Shown here: positions 9,479 to 19,200 of the stretch, piece by piece
Layout: the number at the start of each line of letters is the position of its first letter
Numbering within the stretch: the stretch's first letter is position 1
NCBI GenBank assembly: GCA_031411255.1
Contig: JANOAS010000288.1
Span: forward strand, 2,776-66,775
Length of the DNA: 64,000 nt
DNA from: a bacterium
GTDB taxonomy: Bacteria > Verrucomicrobiota > Verrucomicrobiia > Verrucomicrobiales > V1-33
Direction of reading: 5' to 3'
Position numbers and translations under genes: made by a program
The notes under the pieces: model-generated
What the model was told of the DNA's origin: nothing
The model's input: the letters and a program-made list of their open reading frames with translations, nothing else
Databases searched by the model: none

Positions 9479-12475
9479 GTGATTCGAAATTTCATCTTCG
9501 TCGCCCTGAGCGCTGTGGCCGGTCAGGCGGCTGCGGCCGATGTTGCCGCCCTGCCGCCAGCGGCCGGGCGTGCGGTTGATTTTGTCAGGGACATTCAGCC
9601 GATCTTTGCGGACGCCTGCCTGAAATGTCATGGACCGGAAAAGCAGAAGGCGGAGTATCGCCTGGACGTGAAATCAATCGCCCTGACAAAGGGCGAGAAC
9701 CACGCGCCAAACATCGTGCCGGGAAAGAGTGCTGAAAGCCCTCTGATCCAATTCGTGTCAGGCCTGGATGCTGACATGAAGATGCCGCCAAAAGACCCGC
9801 CGCTCAAACCGGAGCAGATTGGCCTGCTGCGGCGGTGGATCGATGACGGTGCGGTCTGGCCGGATGAAGCAAGCGTCAAACTGGTAGACAAGAAAGACTG
9901 GTGGTCGCTGAAACCTGTTGTTAAACCAGCCGTTCCAGCGGGATCCGAAAACGCCATCGATGGCTTCATTGCAGCGAAGCTCAAGGAGAAGGGCCTGGCG
10001 ATGGCCCCGCCGGCCGACGCGCGAACGCTGATCCGCCGGGTGTATTTTGACCTCACTGGCCTGCCGCCCACGCCGGAAGAAGTGGAGGCTTTTGTGAGGG
10101 AGGCCGATGCCGGCGCGTCGGCCTATGAGGCCCTCGTCGACCGGTTGCTGGCCAGCCCGCGCTACGGTGAGCGCTGGGCCCGCCACTGGCTGGATGTGGT
10201 GCATTTCGGAGAGACCCACGGCTATGACAAAGACAAACCCCGCCCCAATGCCTGGCCCTACCGGGACTATGTGATCCGGGCGTTCAATGAGGACAAGCCC
10301 TACCCGCGCTTCGTTCAGGAGCAGCTGGCGGGCGATGTGCTTTTTCCGGACATACGTGATGGCATTGAGGCGCTCGGCTTCATTTCCGCCGGGCCGTGGG
10401 ATTTCATCGGCCACGAGGAAGTCTCGGAGGACAAAATTGACGGCAAGATTGCCCGCCATCTGGATCGCGATGACATGGTGGCCAATACCATCGGCACCTT
10501 CACCAGCGTCACGGTGCAGTGCGCGCAGTGCCATGATCATAAATTCGATCCAATCTCGCAGGAGGATTACTATTCGCTGCAGGCGGTCTTCGCCGCAGTG
10601 GACCGGGCGGACAAGCGCTACGATGTGGATCCGAAACTGCGGGCGGAACGCAGCGCCCTGACCGCACAAATCTCTGAGCTGGAAGCAAAAGCGAGAGCGC
10701 TTGCCGAACAACTGACCAAAGCCGCCGGCCCCGGGCTGGCTGCGCTGGAAAAGCAGATAACCGACGTGGAGAAAGCCGCCTCGCAAGGCGTGCGACCTGA
10801 GTATGGCTGGCACAGCCAGATCGAAAAGGTGCAGGAAACGCGCAAGTGGGTGCAGATCGATCTTGGGCGCAGTGTGGCGCTGGATCACGTGGCGCTGGCC
10901 GGAGTGTGGGATGATTTTAACGGCATCGGAGCTGGCTTCGGATTTCCCGTGCGCTTCCGCATCGAGGCCAGTGATGACCCGGCATTCGGTGGCGAACCGG
11001 CGGTCATCGCCGCAAAAGACCTTGAGGATTTCCCCAACCCGGGCACCGCTCCGCAAACCTTTCCCGCAGCAGGAAAGAGCGGCCGCTACCTCCGTGTGAC
11101 CGCCACCAAACTCGCCATGCGGCAAAACGATTTCATCTGCGCCCTCTCTGAGTTGCAGGCGTTCGACAGCACTGGAAAGAACGTCGCCCTGGGGGCCGGC
11201 GTTACCGGTCTCGACAGCATCGAGGCGCCTGTGCGCTGGACCCGCAAAAACCTGACCGACGGCATTTACCCTGCAGCCACCGGCGGTGGGGAGAAGCTGG
11301 CCGGCCTGCGCCAGCAAAGAGATGAGCTGATCGCAAAAGCTCTGGATGAAACCGCCAAGGCCGCACGAAAGACCAATACCGAAACGCTGGAATCCGCCAA
11401 AAAAGAACTCACCAAACTCCCCCCCATGCAGGTCGTCTATGCCGGCACGGTGCACAGCGGGAGTGGGAATTTCCGCGGTACTGGCGGCAAACCCCGCGCC
11501 ATTCATTTGCTGGCCCGCGGCCAGGTCACCATGCCGCGGGCGGAAATGCAGCCAGCCAGTCTGGCCGCAGTGAACGACCTGCTGCCCGCCCGTTTCGATC
11601 TCGCTCCCGATGCCCCGGAGGGAGCCCGCCGGGCCGCGCTGGCCGCATGGATCATCGACAAACGAAATCCATTCACCTGCCGCAGCATCGTGAATCGAGT
11701 CTGGCTCTATCATTTTGGAAGCGGCCTCGTGACCACCGCCAATGATTTTGGCCGCATGGGCGCTGTGCCCACGCACCCGGAACTGCTGGACTGGCTGGCG
11801 GCAACGTTTCGCGATGATCTGGGCGGCTCGTTGAAAAAGCTCCACAAGCTCATCATCACCAGCGCCGCCTACCGGCAAAGTTCGTCCGCAATCAACGCCA
11901 GGGCCGGTGCAATCGACAGTGGCAATTCCCTGCTCTGGCGCATGAACCGGCGCAAGCTGGAGGCCGAGGCCGTGCGGGATTCCGTGCTGGCCGTGAGTGG
12001 AAAACTCGACCTCACACCAAGCGGCCCCGGCTGGAAAGACTTCGTCGTCGAGCGCCCGGAGCACTCGCCCCACTATCAATACGAACTGGCCGATCCCAAC
12101 GACAGCTCTACGTGGCGGCGGGCGGTTTACCGCTTCCTCGTGCGCTCCCAGCCGCAGCCCTTCATGACGGTGCTGGACTGTGCAGATCCCTCCATGCGGG
12201 TGGAAAAGCGGAACGAAAGCGTCGGCCCATCGCAGGCCCTGTCGCTGTTGAACAATGGCTTCATGGTCGTGCAGGCCACCCACTTTGCCGCCCGGCTGAA
12301 GGCCGAAGCCGGAGACGATCCCGCTGCGCAAATCGACCTCGCCTTCCGCCTCGCCACGGGCCGCAGCGCCACCCCGCAGGAAAAATCCCAGCTCACAGCC
12401 TTTGCCCGGCAACACGGCCTGGCCAATGCCTGCCGGGTCATTTTCAACCTCAACGAATTCACATTTATCGATTAG
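9479..12475 (+). CDS. Planctomycete cytochrome c / DUF1549 / DUF1553 (PSD1) protein with an inserted F5/8 (discoidin)-like domain
   Basis: CLKCHG; RRVYFDLTGLPP; YGERWARHWLD; CAQCHDH; WVQIDLG...GRYLRV; PTHPELLDWLA; EAEAVRD. Confidence 0.9.
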   Translation: MIRNFIFVALSAVAGQAAAADVAALPPAAGRAVDFVRDIQPIFADACLKCHGPEKQKAEYRLDVKSIALTKGENHAPNIVPGKSAESPLIQFVSGLDADMKMPPKDPPLKPEQIGLLRRWIDDGAVWPDEASVKLVDKKDWWSLKPVVKPAVPAGSENAIDGFIAAKLKEKGLAMAPPADARTLIRRVYFDLTGLPPTPEEVEAFVREADAGASAYEALVDRLLASPRYGERWARHWLDVVHFGETHGYDKDKPRPNAWPYRDYVIRAFNEDKPYPRFVQEQLAGDVLFPDIRDGIEALGFISAGPWDFIGHEEVSEDKIDGKIARHLDRDDMVANTIGTFTSVTVQCAQCHDHKFDPISQEDYYSLQAVFAAVDRADKRYDVDPKLRAERSALTAQISELEAKARALAEQLTKAAGPGLAALEKQITDVEKAASQGVRPEYGWHSQIEKVQETRKWVQIDLGRSVALDHVALAGVWDDFNGIGAGFGFPVRFRIEASDDPAFGGEPAVIAAKDLEDFPNPGTAPQTFPAAGKSGRYLRVTATKLAMRQNDFICALSELQAFDSTGKNVALGAGVTGLDSIEAPVRWTRKNLTDGIYPAATGGGEKLAGLRQQRDELIAKALDETAKAARKTNTETLESAKKELTKLPPMQVVYAGTVHSGSGNFRGTGGKPRAIHLLARGQVTMPRAEMQPASLAAVNDLLPARFDLAPDAPEGARRAALAAWIIDKRNPFTCRSIVNRVWLYHFGSGLVTTANDFGRMGAVPTHPELLDWLAATFRDDLGGSLKKLHKLIITSAAYRQSSSAINARAGAIDSGNSLLWRMNRRKLEAEAVRDSVLAVSGKLDLTPSGPGWKDFVVERPEHSPHYQYELADPNDSSTWRRAVYRFLVRSQPQPFMTVLDCADPSMRVEKRNESVGPSQALSLLNNGFMVVQATHFAARLKAEAGDDPAAQIDLAFRLATGRSATPQEKSQLTAFARQHGLANACRVIFNLNEFTFID

Positions 12476-12554
12476 TGCCCTATGCTTCAATGCGCACTGA
12501 AACAGGTGAACCCCAGAATCTGCCCGCCACCCCCAATTCCAGCCAAAACCCGCC

Positions 12555-14528
12555 ATGAAATCCATGAACCGCCGCTCTGCCATCAAACTTTCCGCCGCCG
12601 GTGCAGGCGCACTGCTAGTCCGGCCGGACTTCGTTGCTGCTCAGACCGCAAGTCTGCCCTTCGGTCCGGAGTATTCGATGCTGGAAACGCTGACCACCGG
12701 GGAATGGTGGCTCGCCGGATCCGCGGCGTCCAAAGGCCCCAAAAGCAATCCTAAAGCGCGGAATGGCTTCACTGCGGGGGCACCCTCGATGGATGTGCCA
12801 CGCGACCAGGTCGTCGCCTTTGCCCTTTACACCGTACAGAGCGGCGTGCTGAAGATGACCGCCCAGCTCTACCCGCTCAAGCCCGGTGAAGTTCGAGAAG
12901 CACGACTCGAGGTGCAGCGCGGCGGTGAATGGCGGCAAATCGCCGCGGCTGAGGTACTCTACCCCGGCTGGGATGCCCACTTCCGTGTGGAGCAGTGGGA
13001 TGCCACGCAGGATGTTCCCTACCGTGTGCGGCACGGAGAGACCGCGCAATTTGCAGGTCTCGTCCGGAAGGACCCTGCGGACAAGGATCAGATAGTCGTG
13101 GCCAACATGTCATGCAATTCAGTGAACACCGTTGGACATCGCAACGAAATCGTGACCAGTCTGCGCAAGCACGACCCCGATGTCCTGTTTTTCAGCGGCG
13201 ACCAGACGTACCGCCACACTGAGCACACCGCCGGCTGGATCGAGTTCGGCCTGCAGTTCCGCGAGGTGATCAAAGACCGCCCCACCATTTGCATTCCCGA
13301 TGACCACGATGTGGGCCATGGCAATGTCTGGGGCGAGGAAGGGAAGCAGTCCACCATGCCGGGGGATGCCGACGGCGGCTATCGCCATCCCCCCGAGTAC
13401 GTGAATCAGGTTCAGCGCCAGCAGTCCTGGCACCTGCCAGACCCGGTGGATCCCGCAGATGTGAAAAGGGGTGTGCACGTTTACTTTACGCGCATGCTGG
13501 TAGGCGGTCTGGACCTGGCCATCCTGGAGGACCGCAAGTTCAAGACCGGTCCCGCCGGCAGGATCCCCAAAATGGGACCGCGCCCGGACCACATCAATGT
13601 TCCCGGCTTTGATCCGAAGTCCATTGACCTGCCCGGATTGGAATTGCTGGGGAAACGACAGGAAAAATTTCTTGAATCGTGGACCGGGGACTGGACTGGA
13701 GCGGAAATGAAGGCCGTTCTCTCCGCCACCGCCTTCTGCGGAGCCGTGCACATGCATGGCCGGGCAGATGCCAGGCTGCTGGCAGACCTCGACTGCAACG
13801 GGTGGCCGCAGACACCCAGAAATCGTGCCCTGACCATCATGCGTCGTGCCTGGGCCGTCCATCTGTGCGGGGACCAGCACCTCGCCGTGGTGGTAAAGCA
13901 CGGGATCACAGAAGACGCAGACGGCCCGTATGCCTTCACCAGCCCGGCCCTTGTCAACACTTACTATCATCGCTGGTGGCATCCGCACGACGAGAAGCCG
14001 GGCACCAATCCCATTCCAGGCAGTCCCCTGCCCTGGACGGGCAACTACAAGGATGGACTTGGCAATCGCATCACCATGCTGGCCTATGCCAATCCAGGAA
14101 ATCTCGAAGACGAGCGGCAGCGCGGTGATGGCTACGGACTGGTCCGGTTCAACAAATCCACCCGGACCATCGTCTTCGAATGCTGGCCGCGTTTCTGTGA
14201 TGTGACCCAGGGGGACAAGGCACAGTATCCAGGCTGGCCCATCAGCTTCCCACAGGACGCCGGCGACGGGCGCACGGTGGCCGGCTGGCTTCCGGAGCTG
14301 TTGTTTGAAAACAACGTCAATCCCGTTGTCCAGATCATCGAGGACGCCACGGGAGAGATTCTCTACACCGTCCGCGCGCAGGGCGGGCGCTTCCACCCGC
14401 GGGTCTATTCAATGGGGAAACACACCATCAAAATCGGCCCGAACAAACCGGACACCCTGGCCATCGCAGCTCTGGAACCCAAGCCCCGGGCTGACTCCGG
14501 CCGGAGGGAGATCAAACTCCAGCCTTAG
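12555..14528 (+). CDS. Tat-exported PhoD-like metallophosphoesterase
   Basis: MNRRSAIK twin-arginine signal; SCN, SGDQTY, IPDDHD, D.NGW and CGDQH motifs. Confidence 0.75.
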   Translation: MKSMNRRSAIKLSAAGAGALLVRPDFVAAQTASLPFGPEYSMLETLTTGEWWLAGSAASKGPKSNPKARNGFTAGAPSMDVPRDQVVAFALYTVQSGVLKMTAQLYPLKPGEVREARLEVQRGGEWRQIAAAEVLYPGWDAHFRVEQWDATQDVPYRVRHGETAQFAGLVRKDPADKDQIVVANMSCNSVNTVGHRNEIVTSLRKHDPDVLFFSGDQTYRHTEHTAGWIEFGLQFREVIKDRPTICIPDDHDVGHGNVWGEEGKQSTMPGDADGGYRHPPEYVNQVQRQQSWHLPDPVDPADVKRGVHVYFTRMLVGGLDLAILEDRKFKTGPAGRIPKMGPRPDHINVPGFDPKSIDLPGLELLGKRQEKFLESWTGDWTGAEMKAVLSATAFCGAVHMHGRADARLLADLDCNGWPQTPRNRALTIMRRAWAVHLCGDQHLAVVVKHGITEDADGPYAFTSPALVNTYYHRWWHPHDEKPGTNPIPGSPLPWTGNYKDGLGNRITMLAYANPGNLEDERQRGDGYGLVRFNKSTRTIVFECWPRFCDVTQGDKAQYPGWPISFPQDAGDGRTVAGWLPELLFENNVNPVVQIIEDATGEILYTVRAQGGRFHPRVYSMGKHTIKIGPNKPDTLAIAALEPKPRADSGRREIKLQP

Positions 14529-14560
14529 CCCGGCAACCGGCCCCAGAAACAGCCCTCACC

Positions 14561-16057
14561 ATGCACAAGGATTCTCCATTTCATCGTTCCCGGGCGCAAT
14601 CCGGCGGCCTGACGCGGCGCGATTTTCTGAGGCAAAGCGGTGGTGGCTTTGGCGCCATGGCGCTGGCCGCTTTGCTGGGAAATGAGGCGCAGGGCGCTTC
14701 CTCCATCATTCATCCCTCCGTCACTCATCCGGCCAGGGCGAAGCGCGTGATCCAGCTCTTCATGTCAGGCGCGGCCAGTCATTTGGACCTCTGGGATTAC
14801 AAGCCTGAGCTGGTCAGGTATGATGGGAAGCCCAGCGACTTTGGCGAAAAGGTGGAGACGTTTCAGGACGGCCTCGGCCCCTGGATGAAGCCGGTGTGGG
14901 GTTTCAAACCATTTGGGCAATCCGGCAAGATGCTGGGCGAAACTGTGGCACCGCTGGGAGCGCATGTGGACGACATGGCCTTTGTGCATAATATGGTGAG
15001 CAAAAGCGGGGTTCACTCGCAGGCCACCCTGCTGCAGTCCACGGGTTTCGTGCTGCCGGGCTTTCCAGGAGCCGGGTGCTGGGTGAGCTATGCGCTGGGC
15101 TCCATGAATGAGAACCTGCCCACGTTTGTGGTCCTGCCGGATCATCGGGGATTTGGCAGCAACGGCGTGAAAAACTGGGACGCCGCGTTTCTGCCCTCCC
15201 AGCACAGCGGCAGCATCATTTACCCTGGTAAGCCAAACCCCATTGCCGATCTCCGGCCGCATCCGGCGGGAAATTACATCACACCTGACAGCGAGCGTGC
15301 CGCGCAATCCTTGCTGGCAAATTTAAACCACGAACACGCCGCCACACGGGAAGGCGATCAGCGGCTGGAGGCCCGCATCAAAAGCTACGAACTGGCCGCG
15401 AGAATGCAGCTGGCTGCACCGGATGCGCTCGACCTCAAAGCCGAGCCTGAACAAATCCTCAAGCTCTACGGACTGGACGGCGGGCCGAAAACCTGGCCTG
15501 CGGAAATCAACGCCGATGAAGAAGCGTGGCATTTTTCCCAAAAGTGCCTGACCGCCCGCCGCCTGCTGGAGCGGGGCGTGCGCTTCGTGCAGATCTGGAG
15601 CGGCAACGACAACTCCTTTCCCCGTCGCAACTGGGACTCGCACGAGGACATCCACCGCGACCACGGCCCGCTCTCCAACGGCATGGCGCGGGGCACCGCA
15701 GCACTCATCGCAGACCTGAAACAGCGCGGAATGCTGGAGGACACCATCATCCTCTGGACCACGGAATTCGGCCGCATGCCCAGCTCCCAGGGAGGCAAAG
15801 GACGCGACCACAACCCCTTCGTTTTTACCAACTGGCTCTGCGGCGGCGGCATCAAAGGCGGCACCATCGCAGGCGAAAGCGATGAATGGGGCTACAAACC
15901 CAAAGACCGCAACCACCCCACCACAGTCTACGACATCCACGCCACCATCCTCCACCTGCTTGGCATCGATCACACGAAACTCACCTTCCGGACCAACGGC
16001 ATCGACCGCCGCCTCACGGATGTCCACGGGCATGTGATCGAGAAACTGCTGGCATAA
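14561..16057 (+). CDS. DUF1501 domain protein (Tat-exported)
   Basis: TRRDFL; AKRVIQLFMSG; ARRLLERGVRF; WDSH; EFGRMP; GRDHNP; DIHATILHLLG. Confidence 0.93.
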   Translation: MHKDSPFHRSRAQSGGLTRRDFLRQSGGGFGAMALAALLGNEAQGASSIIHPSVTHPARAKRVIQLFMSGAASHLDLWDYKPELVRYDGKPSDFGEKVETFQDGLGPWMKPVWGFKPFGQSGKMLGETVAPLGAHVDDMAFVHNMVSKSGVHSQATLLQSTGFVLPGFPGAGCWVSYALGSMNENLPTFVVLPDHRGFGSNGVKNWDAAFLPSQHSGSIIYPGKPNPIADLRPHPAGNYITPDSERAAQSLLANLNHEHAATREGDQRLEARIKSYELAARMQLAAPDALDLKAEPEQILKLYGLDGGPKTWPAEINADEEAWHFSQKCLTARRLLERGVRFVQIWSGNDNSFPRRNWDSHEDIHRDHGPLSNGMARGTAALIADLKQRGMLEDTIILWTTEFGRMPSSQGGKGRDHNPFVFTNWLCGGGIKGGTIAGESDEWGYKPKDRNHPTTVYDIHATILHLLGIDHTKLTFRTNGIDRRLTDVHGHVIEKLLA

Positions 16058-16290
16058 GACGGACCGGAGCGTCCCGGGCTGATGTCCGGTTGGAAACCTG
16101 CCGCGGCGGCGCTCAGGAATGACGATACGCTATAAGGTAATTTTCCAGATGAAAGTTCCTCGCATCTCCTGTCGAGTTGCGCTCAAATTGGGAGGTTGGG
16201 GTCAGGCCGCACCGAATCCGCCCCAGTGGCCTCAACAAGCAGCAGCAGCCCCCTTTAGTTCCATTTCCCACACCACCCACCCTCATCATC

Positions 16291-19200
16291 ATGCTTAAAT
16301 TCATTCGATTCACGGCCCTCTGGGCTTTGGCTTGCAGCCCTGTTTGGGCGGCGGAAAGGAAACTTGAAATCCAGGAGGGCGACCGTGTGTTGCTGATCGG
16401 GGATGCGTTCATCGAACGGGAGAACAACTACGGCTACCTGGAATCGCGCATGCGGCAGGAGTTTCCGGGGCGGAATTTCGCGGTGCGAAATCTGGGCTAC
16501 AGCGGGGACAGCCCGCTGGGGGCGTCGCGTGCGAGTTTTGACCCCGTAGAAAAAGGAACCGAGAGCCTGAAGGAGCAGCTCGCCGTGGTGAAGCCCACCG
16601 TGGCGGTGCTGGGCTACGGGATGGCGGCCAGCCTGGATGACCTGACCTACCGGAAAAACGATCCGGTGCTGAATCCCGACCCGGCCCGCTATGGCCTGGA
16701 CCACAGCCCTGAGAAATTCCGCAAAGATCTGCTCGCGCTGATCGATTTGATCAAAAAGGCGAGCCCCGAAGGGAAGGTTCGCTTTGTCTTTGTCGGCCCG
16801 GTCCGGCACGAGGACCTGCGCAGCACCCGCCCGGGACTGCCGGATCCTGCGGAGCACAACGCGCTGATCGCCGGGTATGAAAAGGTGATCGAAACGCTGG
16901 CGGCAGAACAGCAGTCCCCTTTCATCCGCGGGGAGTGGAAGCAGTCGGCCGGCATCGATCTGGCGCAGGCAACGGACAACGGAATCCACCTCACGCCACG
17001 CGGACTGCAGGCCATGAGCCAGAGTTTTGCCGCGCAGCTGGGCTGGACGGGGAAGGCGGGGGCGTGGGACGCGGAGACGCCGGCGCAGAAGACGCTCCGT
17101 GAGGCGATCCTCCGGAAGAATTCGCTCTTTTTCCACCGCAGCCGCCCGGCGAACTACACGTACATTTTCGGCTTCCGCAAAGGGGAGCAGGGACGCAATG
17201 CGGTGGAAATTCCGAAGTTTGATCCCCTGGTGGACAAGGCCGAGGCGAACGTGATCGGGATCTCTGCCGGCAAGCCCAGCACGCTCCCGCCCGAGCCCCC
17301 CAGCGAGACAAAACTTCCCGCGCTGCCCCCGCTGCCCCGTCCTGAGTTCACGCTGGACGCCGGCCTGGAGATGACGCTGTTTGCGGAGAATCCGCTGATT
17401 GAAAAACCAGTCGGAATGAACTGGGACACGTCAGGCCGGTTGTGGATCGCCTCGTCGAACACCTACCCGCAGGTGAACCCCGACGATCTTGGCGCGCTGA
17501 TGGAAGGGAATTCGTCCAAGTATGGTCCCTCCACGGGCAACGACCGCATCATCCTCCTGGAAGACACGAACCGCGACGGCGTGGCCGACACTTCCCGCAT
17601 CATCGCGGACAAGCTGCTGATCCCCGCAGGGGTCGCCCCTGACAACAGCGGCGGATGCTTTGTGGGGGCGAGCACGGAGCTGCTGCACCTCAGCAGGCCC
17701 GGGGCGGACGGCCTCATGTCCGAGCGGCGCATCGTGCTGAGCGGATTCGGCACCGAGGACACGCACCACATCATTCACGGCCTGCACTGGGGCATCGACG
17801 GGCGGCTCTATTTCCAGCAGACCATCTACATCCACTCCCACATCGAAACGCCGTGGGGCCTGGTGCGGGCGAACTCCGGGACGGCCTTTGCCTACGACCC
17901 GAACACAGAGCGGCTGGAAGTTCATTCCAAAGGCCTCGTCAACTGCTGGGGCCAGCAGGAGGACGCCGCAGGGCAGACGTTCCTGACCTCGGGAGCGGAT
18001 GGTAACGGAATCACCTGGGCATTTCCAGGAGCGGTGCTGCCACCCTCAGAAGGGGCGCGCCGCACCATCGACAGCATCAGCCCCGGCTCCTACCCGAAGT
18101 TCTGCGGACTGGAAATCATCAACAGCCCGCTCTTTGGCCCGGAGTGGCAGGGCAGCGCGATCACGAATGACTTCCGGGCGCATCGCATCGTGCGCTTCAC
18201 CTTCAATGATTTCACGACAGCTGGGAATCCCGCGGACCGCAAGTCCGGCTATGTGACCCAGACCCAGGCGGACGTGACGCGCACCAGCAATGATGCGTTT
18301 CGCCCCATCGCCCTGGCCATGGGGCCTGACGGCGGCATCTATGTGGCGGACTGGACAAACCCGATCATCAACCACGGCGAGGTGGATTTCCGTGATCCCC
18401 GCCGCGACAAGCAGCGCGGGCGCATCTGGCGCATCGCGCCGAAGGACAGCAAGCCGCTGGCGTGGGAGCCCGTCGCAGGACAGCCCGTGGACAAGCTGCT
18501 CGCCCGCCTCCTTTCCACCAGCCGCTGGGAGTTTGAACAGGCACGCCGGGAGCTGGCGAAGGTGCCTGTGCCGGATCTGCAAAAGGCCCTCGCCACATGG
18601 GTGAAGGATGAAACCACGCGCCGCCACGCCGCATGGCTGTTGAGCGGCCGCACCAGTGACACCGCCCATCTCACCGCCATGCTGAACCCCGGCGCCACGG
18701 ACAGCACCAGCGTGCAGGTCGCCCTGCGCGAACTGGGCAAAGCCTCCGGCGCCCGCGGGCTTACGAACGTCGGAACCATCGCACCATGGCTGGCGGAGGA
18801 TCGCGATCCTCGTGCAAGGCTGGAGGCCTTCCGGGCGCTGGCCCGCATCCGCACGTTTGAAAGTGCCGACCTTGTCCTGAAGCATCTGCCAAAAAATGCG
18901 GCGGACAATTTCCTCGACTTTGCCGCGTGGACGTCGGTGAACGAACTGGCCCGGCCGTGGCTGGAGGAAATTGCGGCTCATCCGGAAAAAATCACCGGGC
19001 GTGAGGCTCAACTCGATGCCCTGACCAGCATCGCAGCTCCCCTGGTCACCGCGCCCTACATGCAGCGGCTGTTTGCCGGACGGACCATCGATGCCGACGG
19101 CACCGGCCCATGGATCGAGCTGATCGGCAAATCCGGTGGTGCCGCAGAGCTGACTTCGCTCTACACCACCTTCGCCAGGGAAGGCGCACTGAAACCAGCC

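Noticed and set aside
9758-12586. 942-aa minus-strand ORF and many similar long antisense or alternate-frame ORFs (e.g. 3285-4967, 5152-6681, 47014-48759)
   Set aside because: Shadow frames of GC-rich genes; no motifs, and they overlap well-supported CDSs.
16113-16290. Lower-GC minus-strand fragment (SQFERNSTGDARNFHLENYLIAYRHS)
   Set aside because: Too short, with no clear start or family; may simply be promoter DNA.
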